The translations under genes were made by a program, and so were the position numbers. From Candidatus Anstonellales archaeon (GTDB taxonomy: Archaea > Micrarchaeota > Micrarchaeia > Anstonellales > J096), in NCBI GenBank assembly GCA_038890615.1, contig JAWAFI010000001.1:1-34510 (forward strand): a stretch of DNA of 34,510 nt. The letters run 5' to 3'. Shown piece after piece: positions 26,372 to 34,510 of the stretch (position 1 is its first letter; every line of letters begins with the position of its first letter). Under the pieces are notes generated by a model that did no database searches, was not told the DNA's origin, and saw nothing but the letters and a program-made list of their open reading frames with translations.

Positions 26372-27373
26372 GTGAGTTCTATTGTGGAAAAAAGGAAGGT
26401 GAAAAAAAGGAAAATAAGGGCAAGGGAGGAGGAAGCAGAGGTTTTAGTTGAGGAAAGGAAGGGCAGCATTGTTGAAAGGATAGCAGAAGCATTGAGAGAA
26501 GGTAAGGAAGATCGTGAACTATTTGACAGGTTTAGGGAGATAAACAGAAAAAGATTTAATAAATCAGATGAGCTTCAGCAGCTTTTGTATGAAAGCGAGG
26601 GATCGCTGGAAGGCCCAATCATGCTCCTGCTCAAAGGCGCAGACCCGAATGGGTGGGGGGCAAAAAAGAGGTTCACAAAAGCATGCCTTTTCAATGAAAA
26701 AGAAGTAGCATTACTGCTTGTTGAGGCAGGGATGAAGCTGAACGAGCTTGACAATTCAGGGCTCACTCCGCTTATAAAATGCATAAACGAAGCAATAAAT
26801 TCATCCATAGCTAAATTATTGCTTGAAAGAGGCGCTGATCCTAACAAGAAATCAGCAGATGGATGGAGCCCCTTTATGTGGGCTTTTTCAGTTGAGGCAT
26901 TTAGGATAGCAAAGATGCTTGAAAAAAATGGGGCTGACAAAGAGTACCTTCGTGATAACATAGATAAGGCAAACATGTATGGCTTTACAATGTTGACCTA
27001 CGCAATCCTTAATAGAGGGAGAAGCAAAAGGGTAATAGAGAAGCTGCTCGAAGAAGGGGCGGGGATAAATGTGCAAGACATGAATGGGAAGACAGCATTG
27101 ATGACTGCTGCTGAAGAAGGAAAGAACAGGTTGGTGGAACTGCTGCTTGAGAAAGGTGCAAACCCCTTCTGCAAGAATGAAAAAGGGAGGGATGCTTTCC
27201 TTCTTGCAAAAAAAGTGAGCACTGGCAGGATTATTAGGGAGCACATAAGCAAACTTAAAGCAGATGATAGGAAGAGAATGGAAAATGAGGCAGAGCTTAT
27301 GTTCAGCCTTCTAACATGCAACTCTGAAAAAGCAGCCAAAGCAATAGAAGCGTACCTAAATAGGAACAATTAA
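26372..27373 (+). CDS. Ankyrin-repeat family protein (member E, divergent)
   Basis: About six ankyrin repeats (GLTPL, GWSPF, GFTML, GKTALM), a divergent N-module (RIAEALREGKEDRELFDRFREINRKR) and C-terminal EAELMFSLLTCNSEKA. The start is probably the GTG at 26384. Confidence 0.9.
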   Translation: MSSIVEKRKVKKRKIRAREEEAEVLVEERKGSIVERIAEALREGKEDRELFDRFREINRKRFNKSDELQQLLYESEGSLEGPIMLLLKGADPNGWGAKKRFTKACLFNEKEVALLLVEAGMKLNELDNSGLTPLIKCINEAINSSIAKLLLERGADPNKKSADGWSPFMWAFSVEAFRIAKMLEKNGADKEYLRDNIDKANMYGFTMLTYAILNRGRSKRVIEKLLEEGAGINVQDMNGKTALMTAAEEGKNRLVELLLEKGANPFCKNEKGRDAFLLAKKVSTGRIIREHISKLKADDRKRMENEAELMFSLLTCNSEKAAKAIEAYLNRNN

Positions 27374-27393
27374 AATAAACATAGCAGTAAAAG

Positions 27394-27457
27394 CTATGCA
27401 GATGATGATCTTGAGGTATTACTGATACATGATGAGAGAGGGTCCACTGATGCATAG
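27394..27457 (+). ncRNA. Archaeal C/D-box methylation guide sRNA
   Basis: C box ATGATGA 27402-27408, D' CTGA 27422-27425, C' ATGATGA 27429-27435 and D CTGA 27447-27450. Guides are 13 and 11 nt, and the terminal stem is CTATGCA/TGCATAG. It is intergenic. Confidence 0.88.
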
Positions 27458-27468
27458 GAGGTGATAAT

Positions 27469-28218
27469 TTGGAAGAAAGAGCTTATATTAAGAGCAAAAG
27501 CGGAGCAACGATATGCGGAATACTGGTTGAGGAAGGATGTAGATGCGCTGTTTTGCTGTGCCATGGATTTGGGAGCAACAAAAACAGCAATACCAACATG
27601 GAACTTGCAAAAAAGCTAAAGGGTAAAGCAGACAGTTTGAGGATTGACTTTTACGGGCATGGGGAAAGCGAAGGGCTTTTTGAAGACATAAGTGTTAGCA
27701 AAGGGGTGGAGGATGTAGTTGCAGGTATAAGATTCTTGAGAAAGAAAGGTTATGATAAGGTTGGGCTTGTTGGCTCAAGCTTTGGGGGGCTCTGTTCAAT
27801 CCTTGCAGCCAGCAGGGAAAGGGTGGATTTTGTTGCCCTTAAAGCCCCTGCATGCGATATGAAAGAGACAGAGGAAATGATTTTAGGAAAGGAAGGGGTA
27901 AAGGAATGGAAAAAGAGAGGTTACACTTATTATTTTGTTGTTGGAAAAGGGCCCCAGAAGCTGAATTACGGATTTTATAAGGACGCAGTTGGGAAGGATG
28001 CATATAAGGAAGCCCGAAAAATAAAAGCCCCTGTGCTGATTGTTCATGGGGATAGAGATAAGGTGGTTCCTGTTGAGCAGGGGAGGAAGCTGGAAAAGAG
28101 CATTAATGGGGCCAAGCTTGTGGTGGTTAAAGGGGCTGACCATAATTTCAGCGAAGAAAAGCATTTCAAAGAGATGATAGGGCTTATATATTCATTTATA
28201 GTGGAAAATTGTGGCTAA
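27469..28218 (+). CDS. Alpha/beta hydrolase (esterase/peptidase S9-like)
   Basis: HGFG, DFYGHGES, nucleophile GSSFGG, HGDRD and GADH. GGAGGTGA Shine-Dalgarno precedes the TTG start. Confidence 0.9.
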   Translation: MEERAYIKSKSGATICGILVEEGCRCAVLLCHGFGSNKNSNTNMELAKKLKGKADSLRIDFYGHGESEGLFEDISVSKGVEDVVAGIRFLRKKGYDKVGLVGSSFGGLCSILAASRERVDFVALKAPACDMKETEEMILGKEGVKEWKKRGYTYYFVVGKGPQKLNYGFYKDAVGKDAYKEARKIKAPVLIVHGDRDKVVPVEQGRKLEKSINGAKLVVVKGADHNFSEEKHFKEMIGLIYSFIVENCG

Positions 28219-28281
28219 AAGCAAAACAAGCAAAGCTTTAAAAAACCTACCAACCATATCTACATGCTAAATTTTTTAAAG

Positions 28282-28343
28282 GGGGGAAAGCTGGTCGCCT
28301 TGCCAGCACAGAAATGTGCTGGCACTCTTTCTCTACTTCCCCC
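28282..28343. other. Intergenic stem-loop (terminator or small structured RNA)
   Basis: Perfect 10-bp stem TGCCAGCACA-GAAA-TGTGCTGGCA (28301-28324) enclosed by GGGGGAA/TTCCCCC, between convergent genes. Confidence 0.55.
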
Positions 28344-28355
28344 AGCAGGAAGAAG

Positions 28356-31300
28356 TTAATTCCTCAGCTCAACCCATATGCTTATGGTGCCTGAAGAGCC
28401 CGTGTAAGAGTCCAGGTAAGCAGGAACACGAATCTCATAATCATAGGTGCCATAGGCGCCCGGCTGTGCCCTCCTTATATTTGATATGAATATCAAGTCC
28501 TCTGAATCACTAGGATCAAATTCGCTGTTTCCCGTGTCATCCGAGGAATCCCAGAGGATTCCGGTGGTGAAGCACTGGTCCCATGAGGAAGAGCAGCTGG
28601 TGCTCGGAAATATTGGAACATCAGGAATGTTGTTGCCAAAGGCTAGGAATGAGGTTGTGTTCTTCGGGGCAGAGCCATCTATGGAAAATGTTCGGTTTAT
28701 GTTTTCCACTGCTAAGGTAGAGCCAAGCACATTGTCTATCTCATTGAAATCGTTGGAGGAGGGGCTATTGGATATGGTGCGCCCTATTGCGCGCAAAGAT
28801 GACCAGCTTATTGAGGCATCTGAGTTAGCTATGTAAATAGTTATGTTGGAAGTGTTTGAGCTCCAGGTATGAAATACAGCAGAGGAGCTAGCTAGTATCA
28901 AGGTTGATGTGACATTTCCGTAAAGAGTTGCCCAAAGTGTTGAATTGGCATAGAGCCAAGAGGTGTTGAAGTTGTTGCTTTGCTCCCAACCCCCGCTGGT
29001 GTCGTTGGTTTCAGGGATTGATTCATCGTAGTCAACGCGGATTTCTAGTGAATAGTTGCCCTTTAAAGGAGGGGAATAAGAAAAGGTTGCATTTGACTGC
29101 CCTTGGGAGAAGTTTAGATACTGGAGCGAGGAAAGGGTGTTGTTTATTAGAAGGGCAACAGAAACATTGGTTAGGTTGTATTCCCCATGGCTGAAGATTG
29201 TTGCATTTATAGTTGAGGTATAGTTCTCGTAGTGGAGGATTTGAGGAATAACATAAATAGGCCCAACATCAAGGTCATTGAAAGAGGTATAGGTAGTTAT
29301 TGATGAAAAGGATGAGCCACCTTGAGATGAAAATGCAATGCAGCGCAACTGCGCTGTGTAATTGAATTGGGTGAGGTTAAAATGCCAGGTTAGGTTAAAA
29401 GAATTGTTGCCTGAAAGGCCTGTGAAATTTGCTTCATAAGAAGAATTTGCAGCTACTGGGCCTGCACCGCTAACATTCAGCCAGCTTGAGCCGTTGTAAT
29501 ACTGGAACAAAACAGATATATTGTAAGGTGAGCAGTCGCCTTGGGTACATGTAGAATTAACTTGGCAGGTGAAGTTGGAGGTCTGGTTTGGGTAGAGGAG
29601 AGTATTATTGACAGGATAAAGGACGGAAGCATAAAGGAAGAGGGAATCAACTTTTACAGTAAACCACACTGTTGAGGAGTTGGTATTGCCAGCAGTATCA
29701 TTGGCATATACAGTGATGTTATGCTGGCCATTTGTGAGAGGGCCTATTGTGGTGTTCTGGCATGAGGGAAGGGTTATGTTTGCACTGTTGTCAATTGAAT
29801 ACCAGCAGGAATCAAGGTTTGAGTCGTAAACAGTATAGTTAAGGTCTAATGTTGAATAGTTATAGGTTGTGTTTGAAGGGGACTGTATGGTTAAGGTAGG
29901 TCTATTAAAATCACCTAAAAGGAAGTAAGCCCTTGATATTTCAGCATTGTTATTAGACCTGAAAACTATTACTGTCCAATTCCCTGAAAGAAGAGAGCTG
30001 TTGGTAGGGAGAAAATCATCTGCAGTTAAGTCAGGATTAACCCCTATAGTGCCGCTTGTTTTTATTATTGTTGAGGTTGGGTCTATCCATCTAAAATATA
30101 CGTTGTTAACTGTTATTGCATATGCTTGGGCATAAACTGTTGAGCCAATCTGGAATAAGCTCCTTGGGGTTAGAAAAGATGGGTCCTCAAAAGTAACTAT
30201 CTTTGCTGCAGTGGTGTTTATGCGGGAGGTATCATATATAGAAGGCACTAATGATGAGTTGGCATAAGCATACCTTATATCGCTGCTTGCTTCTGTTGCC
30301 GAAATCGGCACTGAAACCCTTAAATATAAGGTATATGAGCCACCAAAGGGCGCAAGCTTGCCTACATCGATTAAGCCATCTCCATCAGTATCAGCAAGAA
30401 GGGTAATTAGGTCTGCATTGTAGAAAACTCCGCCCCAGCCCATTGTGGAGGTGTTGAAAATGTCAATGGTATCTGACTCGTTCCAGTTGTTTGTGACTAT
30501 GAGGGGATAAACTGTGTAGCTTCCTATTCCTACAGACCTGTTGTAATCAGGATCTATAGTAAGGCGCTTCCTTACACTTATGTTGGCAAGCGCGCCTGAT
30601 GAGAGGGTTGAGTTAAAGGAGGAATTGATTGTTATGTTGATGAGGTCTATGGTGCCTATGGAAACCCCGGAAGGTATTGACACCATGAGGATGAAGATCT
30701 TGCTTTCTGAAGGGAGGAATGTGCCTAGGTCTATAACGCCGTCGCTGTCAGTGTCTGAAAGGGCTGTGCCGTTCTCGTAATAAAGAGAGATTGCCCAGCC
30801 GTTTGGAGAGGTTGTGTTGATCTCAACAATATCAATTGAGCTCTGGTAGTTGGTGACTGTAAAATTGGTTAAGACTGTTGAGCCATTGGTTGAGGAGAGC
30901 TGGCGCAATGGAGGGGTGATTACCAAGGAGCTAATTATTAGGTTGTCAGCTACCATGCCTAAGCTCTTGTTTCCATAGAAGGCCTCTACTGAAGCAGTCT
31001 CTATTGTGCCAAATGAGGCAGAAAGAGGCACATCGAGCTTTAGTATTATTGAAGTGCTTCCGTTTTCATTCAAGAATATGTCTGGGATTCCATTTGAGTT
31101 TGTGTCTGTTATCATTGTGCCATTTGGGTAATAAAGTGTAATGTTCCAGCCAAGGGCTGAAAGGTTATTTAAGTCTATCACCAGATTAACATTGCCACAG
31201 TTCATTATGTCGTGCACAAAATAGATTGAGGTCCCAGGAAGGCCTGCTTTTGTGTAATTTGGAAGGAATTCTATCCATTCAGAATCAGATGAGATTACAT

Positions 31301-32378
31301 CTATGTTGTCTTCAAGCTGGCTAGGAAGGTTTGTGCCCCTTGATGAAGCTGCTTGGAACAGGAAGGGCTTGGGTGAGGAGAGGTTGAGGAGGCTCCAGGC
31401 AACCCTTGCTTCTAGCTTTAGCCCTGAGGATGTTCCTCCTAACATGTTTGATTCCCCTGTGGCATTAAGGGTTATGCTTCCTGGCATGTCAAATCCGCTT
31501 CCATTCATCTTGTCTGCAGTACTTGAAGGAATGTAGTTGTAAATGTATGCATCGTAGGTCCTTACATTGCCCTGCCATCTAAATTCAACTACCTTGTCTG
31601 TGGAATTCATATATCCATCTAAGTCATAATCAATGTAAACCAATGCTGAGACAACATTGTTGCCAGTAGTGAGCCTGTCAAAATAAAAGTAAAAGTAATT
31701 GCTGTCATAAGTGTAGGCAAAGAGCTTGAAATCCCTATCAGCAGTTATGCCAGTGTCAGCATCAGCGCTGCCGTGCTCATCCGCAACGTAGTTATTAAGA
31801 TTTAGGAGGACTGGGGCCCATTCAGTTACATCCCCATCAATGGTTATTGTTTCAAGAGTTGGATGTGTGCTGTCATATGCAGATGAGTTGCATATTGGTA
31901 AGCTTCTTGGGGTTATATTTATGAAAACAGAATCAGGAGTTCCGTTATTGTTTGAGGAATCGTTGAAAAATATTGTGTAGTTATAAAGGCCGAGGAAATG
32001 AGTGTCAGGGATTATTAGGAGGGGGGTGTTGTTTTGCCATGGCAGGGGGCCTTTGAAAGGGCTTCCTTCTTTTTCAACATAGTAGAAGCCTCCATTATTG
32101 TCATCTTGAAGTATCCATATTATCTGCGTGTCACTGCCAAGGGTTAGTGACTGGTCAGGAGGGGAATTGGATATCGGAGGGTCATCAGCAAAAGCAGGGG
32201 AGAAAAGAAGGAGGGAAAAAATACTAAGTAAAATTGCCCTATATTTGGAGTGTCTACTTATTGCTGGGCACTTTCCATATTGCATCAAGCGGTCGCCTCT
32301 TTTTGTGCCGCTGTTTTCAACGGCATAGCCTTCTACACTGCAGTAAAGCAAAACAGCTTGGTATTTAAGCTTTAGCAT
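28356..32378 (-). CDS. Large secreted surface glycoprotein (Ig-like, DxDxDG-containing repeats, CARDB-like domain)
   Basis: Signal peptide AILLSIFSLLLFSPAFA (probable start at 32285), many N-x-S/T sequons, three DTxxxGxxD repeats and a CARDB-like GNYSLEIRVD..ESIPETN..NN segment. Confidence 0.8.
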   Translation of the reverse strand: MLKLKYQAVLLYCSVEGYAVENSGTKRGDRLMQYGKCPAISRHSKYRAILLSIFSLLLFSPAFADDPPISNSPPDQSLTLGSDTQIIWILQDDNNGGFYYVEKEGSPFKGPLPWQNNTPLLIIPDTHFLGLYNYTIFFNDSSNNNGTPDSVFINITPRSLPICNSSAYDSTHPTLETITIDGDVTEWAPVLLNLNNYVADEHGSADADTGITADRDFKLFAYTYDSNYFYFYFDRLTTGNNVVSALVYIDYDLDGYMNSTDKVVEFRWQGNVRTYDAYIYNYIPSSTADKMNGSGFDMPGSITLNATGESNMLGGTSSGLKLEARVAWSLLNLSSPKPFLFQAASSRGTNLPSQLEDNIDVISSDSEWIEFLPNYTKAGLPGTSIYFVHDIMNCGNVNLVIDLNNLSALGWNITLYYPNGTMITDTNSNGIPDIFLNENGSTSIILKLDVPLSASFGTIETASVEAFYGNKSLGMVADNLIISSLVITPPLRQLSSTNGSTVLTNFTVTNYQSSIDIVEINTTSPNGWAISLYYENGTALSDTDSDGVIDLGTFLPSESKIFILMVSIPSGVSIGTIDLINITINSSFNSTLSSGALANISVRKRLTIDPDYNRSVGIGSYTVYPLIVTNNWNESDTIDIFNTSTMGWGGVFYNADLITLLADTDGDGLIDVGKLAPFGGSYTLYLRVSVPISATEASSDIRYAYANSSLVPSIYDTSRINTTAAKIVTFEDPSFLTPRSLFQIGSTVYAQAYAITVNNVYFRWIDPTSTIIKTSGTIGVNPDLTADDFLPTNSSLLSGNWTVIVFRSNNNAEISRAYFLLGDFNRPTLTIQSPSNTTYNYSTLDLNYTVYDSNLDSCWYSIDNSANITLPSCQNTTIGPLTNGQHNITVYANDTAGNTNSSTVWFTVKVDSLFLYASVLYPVNNTLLYPNQTSNFTCQVNSTCTQGDCSPYNISVLFQYYNGSSWLNVSGAGPVAANSSYEANFTGLSGNNSFNLTWHFNLTQFNYTAQLRCIAFSSQGGSSFSSITTYTSFNDLDVGPIYVIPQILHYENYTSTINATIFSHGEYNLTNVSVALLINNTLSSLQYLNFSQGQSNATFSYSPPLKGNYSLEIRVDYDESIPETNDTSGGWEQSNNFNTSWLYANSTLWATLYGNVTSTLILASSSAVFHTWSSNTSNITIYIANSDASISWSSLRAIGRTISNSPSSNDFNEIDNVLGSTLAVENINRTFSIDGSAPKNTTSFLAFGNNIPDVPIFPSTSCSSSWDQCFTTGILWDSSDDTGNSEFDPSDSEDLIFISNIRRAQPGAYGTYDYEIRVPAYLDSYTGSSGTISIWVELRN

Positions 32379-32406
32379 TGCGTAGCATGATAATAAATAT
32401 AAAGAG

Positions 32407-32489
32407 CGCTAGGGGTGGGATTCGAACCCACGCTCCCTTTCGGGAAACAGCTTAGCAGGCTGCCGCCCTAGCCACTAGGCGACCCCAGC
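32407..32489 (-). tRNA. tRNA-Ser(GCT)
   Basis: Acceptor GCTGGGG/CCCTAGC, anticodon arm GCAGC-CT-GCT-AA-GCTGT, variable arm TTCCC-GAAA-GGGAG, GTTCGAATC and discriminator G. TTTAAA lies upstream. Confidence 0.95.
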
Positions 32490-32566
32490 ACAATAAGCTC
32501 TTTATACATTCAATTTAAAAAAATTCCGCATAGGGAACTGCTGAATTCAAAAAACAGGTTAAAAGG

Positions 32567-34510
32567 TTAATCCCCATCCTTGCGTTTTTTCCTCTTTAGC
32601 CAGAAGAAAACAAAGAGCAACGCAATTATGAAGAGAAGCAACAGGAAGCTCTTAGCGCCCAAGTCAACAATCATATCAAGCAATGAGCCCTTGGTGGATT
32701 CCTTGGCAAGCAGCACTGCATAGCTTTTGTCGCCTATCTTGAACTCATAATAGCCTGTTTTTTCTACCTTTAATATGTATCTTCCATTCTCACTCGTAGT
32801 CACCCTGCTTCTCTTGCCATCAGGGTCAATTATCTCTATAGTCAACGGTGCTGGATTGTTGTCCACTGTTGTTGTTACAGTAACATTGTCATCTATAAAG
32901 GTTTCATTCTTGTCTATGGTTAGGTTAAGTATAACATTTGTTATTTGGCTTTGATTTCCTTCTGTTTGGTTCTGATCTTCAGTCTGGTTTTTGCTTTGGT
33001 TTTCAGGGCACTCAGGAACACTTAGATAAGTAGCATCAGTGCTATAACCTTCTTTAGAGGCAGTGATTTGATATAGTCCCTTGCCAAGAGAGAAGTAGTA
33101 CATCCCCTCTGCATTTGTGTAGCCTGTGCCAACTTGCTTGTCTCCTAAGTATATTCTCACGGTTGCACTTGATATTGGCTCTTGCTCAAAAGAAACGTAA
33201 GCCACTCCGTTATGCTCACATGAGTAAGATACTGTTAAGTCTAAAGAAGGAAGGGTTAGCCTGCAGTCCTGTGCCCTTATGCTTGCCTCTGCAGGGGCGT
33301 AATTCTGATGGGTTGCTGTTATATAGTAGTTTTTGTTTTCTGAAACAAGCATTGTTACCTTGCCGTCTGAATCTACTGTGCTAAATATTTCTTTTTGCCC
33401 TTCAAATACTGAAACCTCAGCACCAGGAACAGTATTTATGGTAAACTTTACAGTGGTTTCATCACTGCACTCTTGCGAAACGCTCAAAGGCATTGCTGGG
33501 CAGGAGAATGAAATCTGTGTTGAATCAAAGCCATAGGAAGCCTTGTCTGCGTTTATCTTGTATATGCCTGGGTTTAGCACAAATGTTGCATATCCTCTTT
33601 CATCTGTGGTTGCTTCTCCTATATATGTAGTGCCTTGGTAGACTGCCACTGTTGCCCCTTCTAAGCCGCCTCCACTCTTGTCTGAGGTTACGCGAACTCT
33701 TATAGTTTCAGGGCAGAATGCTTCTGCACTAACAGAAAGGCCGCCTGGCTGGTCTGTGTGCCTTACTGTGAATCTCCATACTTGTGAGAATGCCCAGTTG
33801 CCTGCTTCGTCAACGCAGGAGACGCTCCAGTTGTAGGTGCCATCTGCAAGGCCTGCAACACCTACTGAATTCTGGGTGCCGCTTGGGGTTGCAATGTTTG
33901 TGGCATAAAGAGCACCTTCAAAGAAGACATCACATTGGAGAACATCATCTAGATTGTCTTCTACATACCAAGTGAGCGAAGCTGCACCTGTAGAAAGAGT
34001 TGATCCATTGGGCGGGCTTACTAATGAAACAGCTGGTGCGGTTGTATCTATGGCGAAGAGCCATGTTTCTGAGGTGTCGCTATTGCCTGCGTCGTCTTGG
34101 CAGGTTACATACCACTGGTAGTAGCCTTCCTCTGGGCCTGTGTAAACATATGCTGAAGGCACCCCGTTGGGTATGCTTCCTGAGTATTCTTCGCTGAAAG
34201 AGCCTGCTGAAGGCTCCTTTACATAGAGCCTGCAGTCCAGCTGGGAGTCAAAGTCATCTGTTACTAGCCATCTTAGGTTTAGTGTTGGGGTGTTCCATGC
34301 TGAGTCGTTTGCAGGGTCTAAAAGTGTAACATTTATATCGTCTCCCTCTGGGTCATCTGTTCCCCCTAGGTCTATTAGGAATTGCCATGTTTCTGAGGTG
34401 TCGCTATTGCCTGCGTCGTCTTGGCAGGTTACATACCACTGGTAGTAGCCTTCCTCTGGGCCTGTGTAAACATATGCTGAAGGCACCCCGTTGGGTATGC
34501 TTCCTGAGTA
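32567..34510 (-). CDS. Membrane-anchored multi-domain surface protein (5' end outside window)
   Basis: The frame is open to the window edge. It has Ig-like repeats (GxYxWxVxCxDxAGN), carboxypeptidase-regulatory-like domains (GxYxIxAxKxGY), a Q/N linker and a C-terminal TM followed by KRKKRK. Confidence 0.85.
   Translation of the reverse strand, partial: YSGSIPNGVPSAYVYTGPEEGYYQWYVTCQDDAGNSDTSETWQFLIDLGGTDDPEGDDINVTLLDPANDSAWNTPTLNLRWLVTDDFDSQLDCRLYVKEPSAGSFSEEYSGSIPNGVPSAYVYTGPEEGYYQWYVTCQDDAGNSDTSETWLFAIDTTAPAVSLVSPPNGSTLSTGAASLTWYVEDNLDDVLQCDVFFEGALYATNIATPSGTQNSVGVAGLADGTYNWSVSCVDEAGNWAFSQVWRFTVRHTDQPGGLSVSAEAFCPETIRVRVTSDKSGGGLEGATVAVYQGTTYIGEATTDERGYATFVLNPGIYKINADKASYGFDSTQISFSCPAMPLSVSQECSDETTVKFTINTVPGAEVSVFEGQKEIFSTVDSDGKVTMLVSENKNYYITATHQNYAPAEASIRAQDCRLTLPSLDLTVSYSCEHNGVAYVSFEQEPISSATVRIYLGDKQVGTGYTNAEGMYYFSLGKGLYQITASKEGYSTDATYLSVPECPENQSKNQTEDQNQTEGNQSQITNVILNLTIDKNETFIDDNVTVTTTVDNNPAPLTIEIIDPDGKRSRVTTSENGRYILKVEKTGYYEFKIGDKSYAVLLAKESTKGSLLDMIVDLGAKSFLLLLFIIALLFVFFWLKRKKRKDGD
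34060..34510 (-). repeat. Exact direct repeat, 324-bp period (34060-34186 = 34384-34510, second copy cut by the window edge)
   Basis: 127 bp are identical, encoding duplicated ...PSAYVYTGPEEGYYQWYVTCQDDAGNSDTSETW. Confidence 0.95.

Noticed and set aside
8195..32489. attL/attR pair of an integrated element formed by the two tRNA 3' ends
   Set aside because: Both are complete tRNA-Ser genes that share a conserved T-arm. The interval holds core genes and no integrase.

Overview
Archaeal chromosomal segment, most likely a DPANN lineage such as Micrarchaeota. This assignment is inferred from archaeal-type ribosomal, exosome, prefoldin and KEOPS genes, tight packing, TATA-box and often leaderless starts, and DPANN-style surface proteins. 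The core consists of rps12-rps7-EF-2, a truncated S10 cluster (uL3, uL4, uL23, uL2, uS19, uL22, uS3, uL29), and, converging on it, the exosome superoperon (SBDS, Rrp4, Rrp41, Rrp42, eL43, RpoP, Brix, Pcc1, prefoldin beta, DHH). There are two tRNA-Ser genes, one with an 11-nt intron. An AT-rich type III restriction remnant at the left edge ends in an attC-like hairpin, and two large surface proteins lie at the right edge. The most striking feature is a dispersed family of five ankyrin-repeat genes plus a pseudogene and two further remnants. They share a charged leader, a conserved helical module, a variable ankyrin body and a C-terminal C-[ND]-[KS] helix. At DNA level they are mosaics of near-identical blocks with a shared cassette spacer/promoter, and variation is concentrated at the ankyrin binding-surface codons, which suggests a recombination-diversified binder repertoire. 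Other unusual items are a polytopic-membrane-anchored double AAA+ ATPase, a bacterial-type LysM lytic transglycosylase, a cysteine-free RpoP and a well-formed C/D-box sRNA (neither in the ORF track), and decoding-centre substitutions in uS12. All family assignments come from motif recognition by eye, and no database search was run.
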